From IMG/VR virus record IMGVR_UViG_3300034152_001291, positions 32,001 to 96,000 of that record: a stretch of 64,000 bases of DNA; one strand, 5' to 3'. The position numbers were made by a program, and so were the translations under genes. Within the stretch, counting starts at the first letter, position 1. Every line of letters starts with the position of its first letter. This DNA is from a virus. The notes below the pieces were generated by a model that saw only the letters and a list, made by a program, of their open reading frames with translations, was not told where the DNA came from and did no database searches. This document shows, piece after piece, positions 9,438 through 18,247 of the stretch.

Positions 9438-10063
9438 ACAAGATCCACTTCGTCTTCACGAGAAACGACGAGTCCTTCGTGAGCCGGGCCATCATGTGGT
9501 TCGAGCAGCGGCGGACCGATAAGGAGCGGCGGACGTCTCACGGCCTGATGAAGTTCTGGCCCGGGGGTCCTGTGTTTTCGGCCCTCCCCGTGTCCTTCGA
9601 GGCCGCGGAGCGCGGAGTCTGGATGGATCTCTACCACAAGTCGATCGGCAAGCAGACGATCGTGGCCGAGTTCGAGCTTCTCCTCGACGACGACTATTCC
9701 CTCTGGGCGGTCCAGGAGTCGCTGCGCCGCTACTCGGACTGGTACTACGACTTCGAGGGCGTGGCGCAGAATGCGGTCTGGATCCTCATGAAGAAGTGGT
9801 TCGGCACGATTCTGAGGTGGACCAAGTTCGTGTGGAAGTTCGAGACGGACGAGAAGTCGCTCTTCTGCACGGGCCTTCTCTACGAAATCGCGAAGCTGGC
9901 CGAGACCGCTTCTCCCGATCCGGGATGGGTCGGCCCCATCGAGAGCGCTCGAGAAGCCACGCCCCGAAAACTCATCGATGTTTGCTACGCGAACCCCAAC
10001 GTGTATAAATTGATAAGGGAGAATGTGGCTCCCGGTTCACCGGAACACCCGTCGACGAAGTAG
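9434..10063 (+). CDS. permuted papain-like NlpC/P60 (YiiX/C92-like) protein
   Basis: His (TSHG) before YDF and Cys (LFCTGL), the circularly permuted order; TP motif near the C-terminus. Confidence 0.65.
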   Translation: MNKIHFVFTRNDESFVSRAIMWFEQRRTDKERRTSHGLMKFWPGGPVFSALPVSFEAAERGVWMDLYHKSIGKQTIVAEFELLLDDDYSLWAVQESLRRYSDWYYDFEGVAQNAVWILMKKWFGTILRWTKFVWKFETDEKSLFCTGLLYEIAKLAETASPDPGWVGPIESAREATPRKLIDVCYANPNVYKLIRENVAPGSPEHPSTK

Positions 10064-10068
10064 CAGCC

Positions 10069-10521
10069 ATGAAGAACAACCGAAGCTTGGTGAGTTCCGC
10101 CGAGACCCAGACGCTTCTCAGAAATCTCGGGGAGCCCGCCCTCATCGCGGGTAGGATCGATCCCCTCGAGGAAGAAGGGCAGGCTACGATCGTCGAGCTG
10201 GTCCCCTCCATTCCCGAGCACAGGGCGGCGTACGAGGAGATCCACAACAACCCGGACAAGTTCGAGGTCGTGCATGAGACGGACTTCGGAGGGCGGGGCA
10301 AGTGCCACGTGCTGGTGAGATTCGTGAGGAAGGGTCCATGGGACATCAATCTTCCTTCGCCTTCCGGGGATTCGCCGAAGAGATCCAGAAGATCGCCGAC
10401 TGGAGGGAAGAAGTCCTCGGTGATGGGGTTCGGAGCGACGCCCAAGAAGTCCTCCCCGAAGAAGGAGGCGCCCAAGAAAAAATCGCCCGCAAAAAGAAAA
10501 AGGAAGAAGACGGGGCGCTGA
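10069..10521 (+). CDS. hypothetical protein
   Basis: First ~90 aa protein-like; the basic tail overlaps the next gene. Confidence 0.55.
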   Translation: MKNNRSLVSSAETQTLLRNLGEPALIAGRIDPLEEEGQATIVELVPSIPEHRAAYEEIHNNPDKFEVVHETDFGGRGKCHVLVRFVRKGPWDINLPSPSGDSPKRSRRSPTGGKKSSVMGFGATPKKSSPKKEAPKKKSPAKRKRKKTGR

Positions 10522-10790
10522 CGCTCGGCGCGGCGGGCGCCGGGCTGGGGATCGGCGGGGGGCTTGCCTCCCATCTCAGGAAGTACCGGGCTCAGAAGAA
10601 GGAGTGGCTCGCAGGACGGGCCAGTCCTCCCATCCACCCCAAGAGCGTCAAGGTCTGGGATTACCTCAGGCGTCCTTCCATGATCACGCCGAGCCTGGCC
10701 CGTCGCATCATGGGCGGGGCCGCCGCCGGGGCCGGGACCGCTCTCGCCTTGAATGAGATCCTCAAGCGTCTAAAGAAGCGCAAGAAATGA
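10338..10790 (+). CDS. GF-x-E-E-I-x-K-I-A leader protein with glycine-zipper hydrophobic segments
   Basis: MGHQSSFAFRGFAEEIQKIADW...GALTLGAAGAGLGIGGGL...IMGGAAAGAGTALAL; stop overlaps the RNAP start. Confidence 0.7.
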   Translation: MGHQSSFAFRGFAEEIQKIADWREEVLGDGVRSDAQEVLPEEGGAQEKIARKKKKEEDGALTLGAAGAGLGIGGGLASHLRKYRAQKKEWLAGRASPPIHPKSVKVWDYLRRPSMITPSLARRIMGGAAAGAGTALALNEILKRLKKRKK

Positions 10791-13700
10791 TCAACGCCGA
10801 CCAGCAGTTTCCGGAGATGATGAAGCGGGTGGAGAACGCGATCTCCCGCGCTTTTCCCATCGAGTCCAAGCGGCACGTCATGGACGTCCGGAACCTGCGT
10901 TGGAAGAACTTCGGGCCTTCGATCCGGGACAACATCCGGCTTCAGAAAGAGTTCAAGAACAAGGACAAGACCCTCTCCGCCGACCTGGTCGGGGACGTGA
11001 GGATCCGGTCGAGAGCGGGGAGGGTGGTCGACACCAAGCCCGGCATGGTGCTCGTCACCCTCCCTCACATTACCAACCGGGCCTCCTACATCGTCAACGG
11101 CCACGAGGTGCAGACGGTGAACCAGCTCCGGCTGCGCCCGGGCCCCTACTCGAGGTTCACCTCCGACGACAACACGGAGACCTTCATCAATGCGGCGGGC
11201 GGAGGTTATAAGATCATCTTCAACCGCCAGACGGGCGTGCTCCGCTTGAAGTCCGGCTCCTCATTCTTCTACCTCTACCCGATCCTGAAGAGCCTCGGCG
11301 TCACGGACGCGCAAATGAAGTCGGCGTGGGGTGGCGATATCTTCACCGCTAACAAGGCGCACGACAAGAGCGATCAGGTTACGCGCCTCTACCGGAACAT
11401 GCGTCCTTACGCCGAGATCCCGGAGGATCCGGAGGAGCTGTCCACCGCCGTCGACACCTTCTTTCGTTCGAAGCAGCTCGACCCGAAGATCTCCAAGATC
11501 ACGATGGGGAAGGAATACGATCGGATCTCTCCCGACCTTCTTCTCCGGTCCAGCGGGAAGGCGATCGACCTGGCCAAGGGCAGCGTGGAGATGGACGACA
11601 CCGAGTCGCTCGCTTTCAAGTCCATCCACAGCGTCGAGGATTTCATCCCCGAGAGAATCGAGAAGGCCATCCCGAGCGTGAAGCGCGCGATCCAGTTCAA
11701 GATGGACAGGGCCCCCAAGATCTCGAGCCTTCTCTCTCCCGCGTCCTTCTCCAATCCCGTGATCGATTGGTTCATCACGAGCGAGTTCACCCGCTACTCG
11801 GACCAGCAGAATCCCGTGGACATGGCGTCGACGAGCCAGCTAACGACCACCATGGGAGAGGGAGGAATTCGAAGCGCCCACGCCGTGACCGACCAGGTGC
11901 GCATGGTTCACCCCTCCCAGATGGGTTTCTTGGATCCCATTCACAGCCCGGAGGGTGGTCGGATCGGTGTGACGGGGCACCTCACGATCGGAGCGGAGAA
12001 GAAGGGCGACAGCCTCTACACCAAGGTCATCGACGCGAAGACCGGCCGCCAGGTCTCGAAGAGCGCTCAGGACCTCGAGAACGCGGTCATCGCCTTCAAT
12101 GACCAGTACGACCTGACTGGGGACCGGCCACGTCCCTTGAAGCCGAGGGTGGAGGTCCGGGCAAAGGGGAAAATTCAGATTGTTCCAGCGTCGCAGGTCG
12201 AGTACGTCTTCAGGGATCCCAGGTCGTTCTTCTCGGTCACGTCGAACGCGATTCCCTTCCTCCACAACAACAACCCCAACCGCGGGCAGATGGCGGACCG
12301 CCACATCGAGCAGACCGTCCCCCTGACCGATCCGGACAGTCCCGTGGTTCAATCCAAGTTTCAAGGCAAGGAGGGCTTCGACGACTTCTTCGGCCGGAAC
12401 GTGAGCATCCAGTCCCCGGTGGATGGGACGGTCACCCTGGTTCGGAACGACCGGCTCAAGATCCGGGGAGACGACGGAAAGATGTACCTGGCCTACCTTC
12501 ACTACCAGTACCCCCTGAACGGAGGTTCGTTCCTCACGGACAGGCCGACCGTGAAGGCGGGGGACCGCGTCAAGAAAGGGCAGGTCATCGCGGAGAACAA
12601 CTTCTCGAAGGGAGGGGCGCTGGCTCTCGGCAAGACGCTCAGGACAGCTTACGTTCCTTACAAGGGCTACAACTTCGAGGACGGGGTGGTCATCTCCCAG
12701 GCCGCCGCGAGGAAGCTGACTTCCGAGCACCAGTATCAGCTCAGGCTCGACATCGACAGGAACACCAGGGTGGGGCTCGACATCTTCCTCGCGCACTTCC
12801 CGGACGAGATCGTGAACATCGATCGGGCCAAGTACGATCGGGACGGGATAGTCAGGAAGGGAAGCCGGGTCACCAAGGATGAGATCCTGGTCCCGGCCGT
12901 GTCCCAGACCGAGGTCAGCGAAGAATTCGACTACGCCCGTCTTCACAAGTCGCTGAAGAAGCCGTGGCGCAACGCCTCCATCGTGTGGGAGAGCGACTTT
13001 CCGGGTGAGGTCGTGGACGTCGTGAAGACCTCGAAATTCATCAAGGTGTTTCTTCGAACGGAGGAAGCTGCGCAGGTGGGCGACAAGGTCTCCCAGCGAT
13101 CAGGCGGGAAGGGAATCATCGTCAACATACTCCCGGATAATGAGATGCTCCAAGGAGAGGACGGGAAGCCGGTGGATGTCCTCTTCAATCCCGGGGGCGT
13201 CACGGGGCGCGTGAATCCGGGACAGCTCTACGAAGCGAGCATGGGGAAGGTCTCGAGGAAGACCGGCGAGAAGTACCTGGTGGAGAACTTCTCTCCGGAG
13301 TCGTCTCTCGACCGCGTTCAGGCGGAGATGCGAAAAGCGGGCGTCAAGGATACCGAGACGCTCACGGATCCCGGCACGGGGAACAAGATCAACGATATTT
13401 TTACGGGCGACATTCACTTCCTGAAGCTCCAGCATCAGGTTCGGAACAAGTTCAAGGCGAGAGGCCTCGGCAGTTACACGACGGACGAGCAGCCGAGCAA
13501 GGTCGGGAAGGAGTCGGCACAGAACATCGGATCTGGGGAGCTCTACGCTCTTCTCGCCTCGGGAGCCATGCACTTCCTGAAAGACACGACGACACTGAAG
13601 TCGCAGTCGAATCCTGAATACTGGCGCGCCCTTCAGACCGGCCTCCCCACGCCGCCCCCGCAGCAGCCTTTCATTCTCGACAAGTTCGTCACGAGTCTGG

Positions 13701-16700
13701 AGGGGGCCGGCGTCAACCTGGCCCGCGAAGGATCGAAGGTGAAGGCCCTCCCCATGACGGACAAGGACGTGGAGTCCCGGTCCAGGGGAGAGATCAAGAA
13801 CTTCACCGTGGTCCGGGCGTCAGACTTGAAGCCGGAGGCCGGAGGGCTCTTCGACAAGGGGATCACGGGAGGCTACGACGGGGTCCACTGGGCCCATATC
13901 GATCTCGAGACCCCCATGCCGAGCCCGCTCATGGAGAAGGCCCTGATCGCGGTCGCGGGCCTGAAGCCCGCCGAGTACAAGTCGATCATGCGAGGCACGC
14001 TCTTCGTGACGAGGGACGGGCACTTGACGACGGACTCGAAGAAGGGGGCGCCGGCGGGAGAAGGCCTGAAGATTCTCCTCGATAAGGTCAATGTGGAGAG
14101 GGATCTCGAGGATACGATTTCCCAGATCCGGATCGCCCGGGGCAGCAGGCTGGACGACCTGAACAAGAAGCGTCGCTACCTCCAGGCCCTGAAATCGTCG
14201 AAGCTCACGCCCTCCGAGGCCTACATCACAAGCAAGGTCCCCGTGATCCCGCCCAAGTTCAGGCCGGTCTACCCCCTGCCGGACGGGTCTCTGAACGTGG
14301 CCGACCCTAATCACGGGTATCGTGAAGTCCTGATGATCAACAATCAGCTGAAGGCGCTGAGGAATCAGGGTGTCGACAACAGGAATCTCGCTTCCATGCG
14401 GGCGGATCTCTACGGGGCTCTCCAGGGGTTGACGGGCATGACGGAGCCTCTCACCAGGGCCAAGAACTTCAGGGGCTTCGTCTCGACCATCAAGGGGAGG
14501 TCGAACAAGAGAGGGCTGTTCCAGGGAAAGGTGGTGAAGAGGCCCCAGGACCTCTCCGGGCGCTCTACGGTGATCCCCGATCCGAATCTCGGAATCGACG
14601 AGGTGGGTCTTCCGGCCGACATGGCGCTGACCATCTACAAGCCGTTTTTGGTGCGCCGTCTCGTGGGCATGGGCTACAAGCCCACCGAGGCCATGGATCT
14701 CGTCGACAAGAAAGATCCGAAGGTTTTGGACATCCTGAAGGACGAGGCGGCGGAGCGCCCGGTCTGGATGAATCGCGCGCCGAGCCTTCACAAATTCAGC
14801 ATGCTTCCCTTCAGGCCGAGGATCGCTCCCGGCAAGGCGATCCAGGTCAATCCCCTCATCGTGAAGGGGTTCAACATGGACTTCAACGGGGATTCCTGCT
14901 CGCCCGATACCGTCGTTTACGTTCGGCGTGTCTCCGATAGAACATTATTCGTGGGGTCTTTCGATGAATTTGTGAAGAACGAGCTCTTGCCTGGAATCGA
15001 TGACGCCGGTTTGGAGGAGATAGCCGGGGGCGTCACTGGAATTCTTGAGTTCGCTGATTCAGCTTATGAGGTCCTGGGACTTTTCGAGGGGAAAATTGCG
15101 TGGCAGCCTTTGAACCAGATAACGATACACACATCTCACGGGCCATGCTTTGAAGTCTCGTTCAAATCCGGTGACACTTTGATCTGTTCCGAGCACCACA
15201 ATCTATTCGGGGTGGATCCAGATACCCTCGATCTTTTCACTTTCAAAACCGAAAAGCATGAGGAGTATCCCGACGTTGTCGTCCCTATCGTCTCATTGTG
15301 GGATTCCGAACCGGTCGGCAACGCAAGGATTCCGGCCCTGGACTCGGGCAGGCGGCTGGATACTGTCCCTGTCGATGACGATTTGGCCTGGTGGACGGGA
15401 GTCTATGTTGGGGAGGGAAGCCTGACCGGACGGAATGATATCGTATCCTGTTCGTCTTCCGATCCGGAGATGCTTGGCCAGATCAAGATCGCTATGGAAC
15501 GCATTGGGCCCGTGTGGGAAACAGATAACCAGGTGAGGATAACAAGTAAAGATCTCTTCAAGGCTTTTGAGAGTGCTTTCGGAAAGGGAAGCCAGAACAA
15601 GAAGTTTCCGGATTTCGTCTTCGAGATGCCTCCGGCGCTTCGGTTGCAGGCCGTTGTCGGTTTCCTCGACGCGGAAGCACAGGCCGCATTTGATATCAAC
15701 GGTCGTCCATTCTTGACGGTAGAATTGACGAGTCTCCAGGCTCTCCGGCAAGTATCCATGTTGATGAGAAGCGTAGGCATCCGGAGCTCCATAAGAGAAG
15801 GTCGACCGGAAAAAACCGGAAGGAAGAAGACCTGGATTCTTTACGTTGAGAAATCCGGATTCGGGCTTCTTCCAAACTTTCGATCAAAATCGAAAAAAGA
15901 ATGGCAGGCTAAAGTTCGAAACTTTTCTGAAATCTCCAGAAGTCGGATGGATATGGTTCCAATGTTCGATTCGGTCTTCTCGGCTCTCACGAAGAAAGGC
16001 CTGGAGAATAGGACAGAGGATAAAAAGACGCGGGCCGAACGCAGAGCGTGGGCGAAAGAGTATGCTTCCAGCCATGGAGTTCCTTTCGGGCCTGTATCGA
16101 AAAGCGATCTTGTCGGGCATTCTTTGATAACACGTCGAGCCGCGTTCAGAATTGCGGCCTGGTACGGTCCATTCGAGAAGGATTCTCTTCTCGACAAGTG
16201 GAGATCCCTGGTGGAGAACACTTCCGTATCGTACACGGAGATTTCTTGCCGAGAAATCGACCGGCTCCCGATCCTTTACGATTTCAGCGTTCCTCCGAAT
16301 GAAGCCTTTGTTGTCAACTCTGGAATCGTGACGCACAACACCGTCGGCATCCATGTCCCCGTCAGCGAGGAGGCCCGGCAGGAGGCTTTCCAGAAGCTTC
16401 CGTCCAAGCAGCTGCTCTCGGTCCGGGAGCAGTCGGCGGTCCACACTCCGTCGAAGGAATATGTCCTCGGTCTCTACCTCATGACGCATCCCAAAGGAAA
16501 GACTGTCACGGCGAAGTCTCGTACCGACATGATGGCCCAGTATCAGGCCAAGAAGATCAAGGTGAACACGCCCGTGAAGATAGGGTCGGATATCTGGACG
16601 CCGGGCCAGGCTCTGGTCGACGATGTCTTTCCCGTAGGGCTGAAGCCCGGCAACAGGGTGATGGACAAGAGGACGGTGGAGACCCTTCTCTTCGAGGTCG

Positions 16701-18247
16701 CCAGAAAGGAGCCCAACAAGGCCGGTGACGTCATCAGCAGGATCAAGGACCTCGGCGCTCATTTCGTGACCGAGATCGGCTACTCCTTCGGGCTCGAGGA
16801 CCTCAAGTTCGACTACAAGAAACGCGAGCAGATCCTGGATGAGGCCGAGAAGAAAACGCCCAAGATCGGTTTCGAGAAGGCCTACGGGCAGGCTCTTGAC
16901 AAGATGAACAGCGAGATTCGGAAGACGAAAGGGAATCGGGTCGTCGAAGGCAGCATCACTTCGGGAGCTTTCGGCAAGGCCGACATGGTCACGCAGATGA
17001 TTGCCACGCCCGTGGCGGTCCGGGACCACAAGAATGAGATCATCCCGGTCCCTATCAAACGATCGTTTGCGGAAGGGCACGGAATTTCGAGCTACTGGGC
17101 AACGGCGCCGGGGGCTCGCAAGGGTCTGATCGAGAAGGGCCTCGGCACGGCGGAGACGGGAGCGCTGAGCAAGCGCCTGATCAACACCACCGTCACGCAG
17201 ACAATCAGCATGAAGGACTGCGGCACGACCGAGGGAACTCTGATGCCGATCGAGTCCCGCGACGCGCTGGACCACTTCGTCGCCGACGGCCCGTTCAAGA
17301 AGGAGGCGATCACGTCCGAGCTCGTGACACAGATGAAGCGACGCGGCCTGAAGCAGGTGCTCGTTCGGTCTCCGCTGAAGTGCGAGGCTCCCCAGGGAGT
17401 CTGCGCGATGTGCTTCGGCCTGCTGGAAAACGGGAAGGTCCCGCCGATCGGCTACAACGTGGGCGTCCTTTCGGGCCAGGCCGTCTCGGAACCCATGACC
17501 CAGCTCACTCTGAGGGCCTTCCATACGGGCGGAGCAATGGCGCAGAAGGCGGTCGGCTTCGACCGGATCAAACAGATTTTCGAACTCCCGGAGAATCTCC
17601 CTGGACGCGCCCCGCTCGCTCAGACCACGGGCAAGGTCGAATCGATCGACCCGGCTCCCGGCGGGGGTTGGATCGTGGTCATCGGGGGTGTGGACCATTT
17701 CGTGCCTCAGGAGCGCGGGCTCGGGGTGAAGAGAGGCGACAGGGTCTTGGCGGGTCAGCAGATCTCCAAGACCGGGGTCATTCGCCCTCAGGAACTACTC
17801 GCAGCCACGAACGACATCGATAAGGTTCGTGGCCAGATGGTGAAGGATCTCAACAAGGAGTTCGGGACGGGTGGTGTCCATATTCAGCGAAAGCTCCTCG
17901 AGACCGTCGTGCGCCCGATGACTGATCGAGCTGAGGTGACGGACGCCGGCGACGGAGAAAAGAAGGGCTACTTCAAGGGGGACGTCGTCGCCATAAACAA
18001 GCTCGAGAAGACGAACAAGGAGATCCGTAAGGCCGGCGGGAAACCGATCGAATATCAGCCCACTCTTTTGTCCATCCGCGTCGCCCCGTATCATAGCGGC
18101 GACTTCATCGGGAAGCTGATGTTCGAGCGTCCTCACGAGACGATCTCGGCCGCCCCGAGGATCGGCGCCGAGGCGGATGTGGTGAAGGGACACCCGATCA
18201 CGCGCCACACGTTCGGTCGCTACTTTGGAGCTCGGAATAAGAAATGA
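10787..18247 (+). CDS. rpoBC: DNA-directed RNA polymerase beta-beta' fusion, intein-containing
   Basis: beta motifs (YIVNG..Q.R.PG, VHPSQMG..SPEG, GYNFED, GDK...KG, KLQHQV) then beta' motifs (PEAGGLFD, VIPPKFRP, DLSGRS, NRAPSLH, NMDFNGD, GARKG, CEAPQGVCAMC, EPMTQLTLRAFHTGG) in one frame. Confidence 0.95.
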   Translation: MINADQQFPEMMKRVENAISRAFPIESKRHVMDVRNLRWKNFGPSIRDNIRLQKEFKNKDKTLSADLVGDVRIRSRAGRVVDTKPGMVLVTLPHITNRASYIVNGHEVQTVNQLRLRPGPYSRFTSDDNTETFINAAGGGYKIIFNRQTGVLRLKSGSSFFYLYPILKSLGVTDAQMKSAWGGDIFTANKAHDKSDQVTRLYRNMRPYAEIPEDPEELSTAVDTFFRSKQLDPKISKITMGKEYDRISPDLLLRSSGKAIDLAKGSVEMDDTESLAFKSIHSVEDFIPERIEKAIPSVKRAIQFKMDRAPKISSLLSPASFSNPVIDWFITSEFTRYSDQQNPVDMASTSQLTTTMGEGGIRSAHAVTDQVRMVHPSQMGFLDPIHSPEGGRIGVTGHLTIGAEKKGDSLYTKVIDAKTGRQVSKSAQDLENAVIAFNDQYDLTGDRPRPLKPRVEVRAKGKIQIVPASQVEYVFRDPRSFFSVTSNAIPFLHNNNPNRGQMADRHIEQTVPLTDPDSPVVQSKFQGKEGFDDFFGRNVSIQSPVDGTVTLVRNDRLKIRGDDGKMYLAYLHYQYPLNGGSFLTDRPTVKAGDRVKKGQVIAENNFSKGGALALGKTLRTAYVPYKGYNFEDGVVISQAAARKLTSEHQYQLRLDIDRNTRVGLDIFLAHFPDEIVNIDRAKYDRDGIVRKGSRVTKDEILVPAVSQTEVSEEFDYARLHKSLKKPWRNASIVWESDFPGEVVDVVKTSKFIKVFLRTEEAAQVGDKVSQRSGGKGIIVNILPDNEMLQGEDGKPVDVLFNPGGVTGRVNPGQLYEASMGKVSRKTGEKYLVENFSPESSLDRVQAEMRKAGVKDTETLTDPGTGNKINDIFTGDIHFLKLQHQVRNKFKARGLGSYTTDEQPSKVGKESAQNIGSGELYALLASGAMHFLKDTTTLKSQSNPEYWRALQTGLPTPPPQQPFILDKFVTSLEGAGVNLAREGSKVKALPMTDKDVESRSRGEIKNFTVVRASDLKPEAGGLFDKGITGGYDGVHWAHIDLETPMPSPLMEKALIAVAGLKPAEYKSIMRGTLFVTRDGHLTTDSKKGAPAGEGLKILLDKVNVERDLEDTISQIRIARGSRLDDLNKKRRYLQALKSSKLTPSEAYITSKVPVIPPKFRPVYPLPDGSLNVADPNHGYREVLMINNQLKALRNQGVDNRNLASMRADLYGALQGLTGMTEPLTRAKNFRGFVSTIKGRSNKRGLFQGKVVKRPQDLSGRSTVIPDPNLGIDEVGLPADMALTIYKPFLVRRLVGMGYKPTEAMDLVDKKDPKVLDILKDEAAERPVWMNRAPSLHKFSMLPFRPRIAPGKAIQVNPLIVKGFNMDFNGDSCSPDTVVYVRRVSDRTLFVGSFDEFVKNELLPGIDDAGLEEIAGGVTGILEFADSAYEVLGLFEGKIAWQPLNQITIHTSHGPCFEVSFKSGDTLICSEHHNLFGVDPDTLDLFTFKTEKHEEYPDVVVPIVSLWDSEPVGNARIPALDSGRRLDTVPVDDDLAWWTGVYVGEGSLTGRNDIVSCSSSDPEMLGQIKIAMERIGPVWETDNQVRITSKDLFKAFESAFGKGSQNKKFPDFVFEMPPALRLQAVVGFLDAEAQAAFDINGRPFLTVELTSLQALRQVSMLMRSVGIRSSIREGRPEKTGRKKTWILYVEKSGFGLLPNFRSKSKKEWQAKVRNFSEISRSRMDMVPMFDSVFSALTKKGLENRTEDKKTRAERRAWAKEYASSHGVPFGPVSKSDLVGHSLITRRAAFRIAAWYGPFEKDSLLDKWRSLVENTSVSYTEISCREIDRLPILYDFSVPPNEAFVVNSGIVTHNTVGIHVPVSEEARQEAFQKLPSKQLLSVREQSAVHTPSKEYVLGLYLMTHPKGKTVTAKSRTDMMAQYQAKKIKVNTPVKIGSDIWTPGQALVDDVFPVGLKPGNRVMDKRTVETLLFEVARKEPNKAGDVISRIKDLGAHFVTEIGYSFGLEDLKFDYKKREQILDEAEKKTPKIGFEKAYGQALDKMNSEIRKTKGNRVVEGSITSGAFGKADMVTQMIATPVAVRDHKNEIIPVPIKRSFAEGHGISSYWATAPGARKGLIEKGLGTAETGALSKRLINTTVTQTISMKDCGTTEGTLMPIESRDALDHFVADGPFKKEAITSELVTQMKRRGLKQVLVRSPLKCEAPQGVCAMCFGLLENGKVPPIGYNVGVLSGQAVSEPMTQLTLRAFHTGGAMAQKAVGFDRIKQIFELPENLPGRAPLAQTTGKVESIDPAPGGGWIVVIGGVDHFVPQERGLGVKRGDRVLAGQQISKTGVIRPQELLAATNDIDKVRGQMVKDLNKEFGTGGVHIQRKLLETVVRPMTDRAEVTDAGDGEKKGYFKGDVVAINKLEKTNKEIRKAGGKPIEYQPTLLSIRVAPYHSGDFIGKLMFERPHETISAAPRIGAEADVVKGHPITRHTFGRYFGARNKK
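14894..16339 (+). mobile_element. intein (482 aa) with LAGLIDADG homing endonuclease in the RNAP catalytic loop
   Basis: Starts SCSPDTVV directly after DFNGD, ends VTHN followed by Thr; block B CSEHH; TGVYVGEGS and VGFLDAEA; lower GC. Confidence 0.92.

Noticed and set aside
10787-18247. Host rpoBC, implying a bacterial chromosome or chimera
   Set aside because: No ribosomal-protein context, highly divergent and reduced sequence, translationally coupled to phage genes on both sides
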